Origin: Nageia nagi | Taxonomy: Eukaryota; Plantae; Pinophyta | Assembly: GCA_050084985.1 (NCBI GenBank) | Contig: JBITNC010000001.1 | Location: forward strand, 58,962,001 to 59,026,000 | DNA length: 64,000 nt | Direction of reading: 5' to 3' | In this document: positions 63,261 through 64,000 of the stretch, in pieces | Position numbering within the stretch: position 1 is the first letter of the stretch | How the letters are laid out: each line of letters opens with the position of its first letter | Notes under the pieces: model-generated | The model's input: the letters and a program-made list of their open reading frames with translations, nothing else | Databases searched by the model: none | What the model was told of the DNA's origin: nothing | Made by a program: the position numbers and the translations under genes

Positions 63261-64000
63261 ATTGAAAGTAAGTTATACATTTCCTAATCCACCTTTAATT
63301 TGTACATTAAGGTTGTATTTCATCACTTGGTTGTATTTTATCAAGGAACTTATTTAAGTATTTTGAATGAGTATATATTATTAAATCTATAGTTTTAACA
63401 AAAAGGTTGTATGAAAATTATAAATTAAACATAAATAAAATATCTATGTTAGTTCACTAGGCATCATTGTATCAACATATGATATAAATAAACATGTATA
63501 TCAATCCATCAACATATATCAAAATATAAATATGTATATTAGTTCTAATCCAAACTAGGCATCCACACATATGAAAACATGTACTAGTATCAAAATAATA
63601 AGAATATACATATAGTCCATATAGTCCAAATTTACTCCTAAAATAAAAATGGGCATCTATAAATCCATCAACCTATATATATTTATCTACTAAACTAGTC
63701 TTGACTAGGTGAAGGGTCATAGTCTAGACTCCTTTTTGTTCCATGTGATGTATCATGTGGAACTATCTCATGATGTATAAAAAAAATAATCTTAGAGTTA
63801 GTATAATTTAATCATTATAAATTATCATATGAAATATATGTACACTACATTTTAAAATGCATTATAAATTACCATGATATCATGTTGAGAGATTGAAGGG
63901 TCAACCATTGTAGGCTGCTTTAATGAGCCATGCACCTCATAAGAAACTAAAGGCTTAATCACTATAGGCTTCTCTAATGATTCATGTACCTATTAAGAAA

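Overview
Very AT-rich, CpG/CHG-depleted land-plant nuclear DNA. A gymnosperm-type genome is my inference from the transposable-element (TE) families and mutation spectrum, not something I could prove. There is no intact cellular gene, and no prokaryotic system, rRNA, tRNA or CRISPR array. Most of the window is nested, decayed TEs: the 3' end of a Gypsy element with an antisense Plant Mobile Domain ORF, L1 remnants, and a Gypsy gag split by a gag-only LTR element (16325-32455), which in turn contains a young full-length Ty1/copia (21473-28718) whose 5' LTR lost exactly 1553 bp between 7-bp repeats. An older copia of the same family (about 33136-48230) is split by a 4.55-kb PPR-carrying insertion and a 1.28-kb hAT element. 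An intron-containing Sola2-like DDD transposase pseudogene is split by a 1766-bp short-LTR element. The most interesting items are three islands of host-gene sequence. (1) 8140-9360: a TOPLESS-related LisH/CTLH gene 5' end that keeps its TATA box and 5'-UTR intron but is truncated by inverted copies of itself, a candidate inverted-duplication MIRNA or hairpin-siRNA locus. (2) 58180-59945: a recently inserted TRIM-like element carrying an in-frame chimera of VOC/glyoxalase (At5g48480-like) and auxilin-like gene fragments. (3) 39330-40430: PLS-class PPR fragments lying antisense behind a TATA box inside a solo-LTR-like insertion. All protein-family calls come from manual translation and motif recognition and need HMM/BLAST confirmation.
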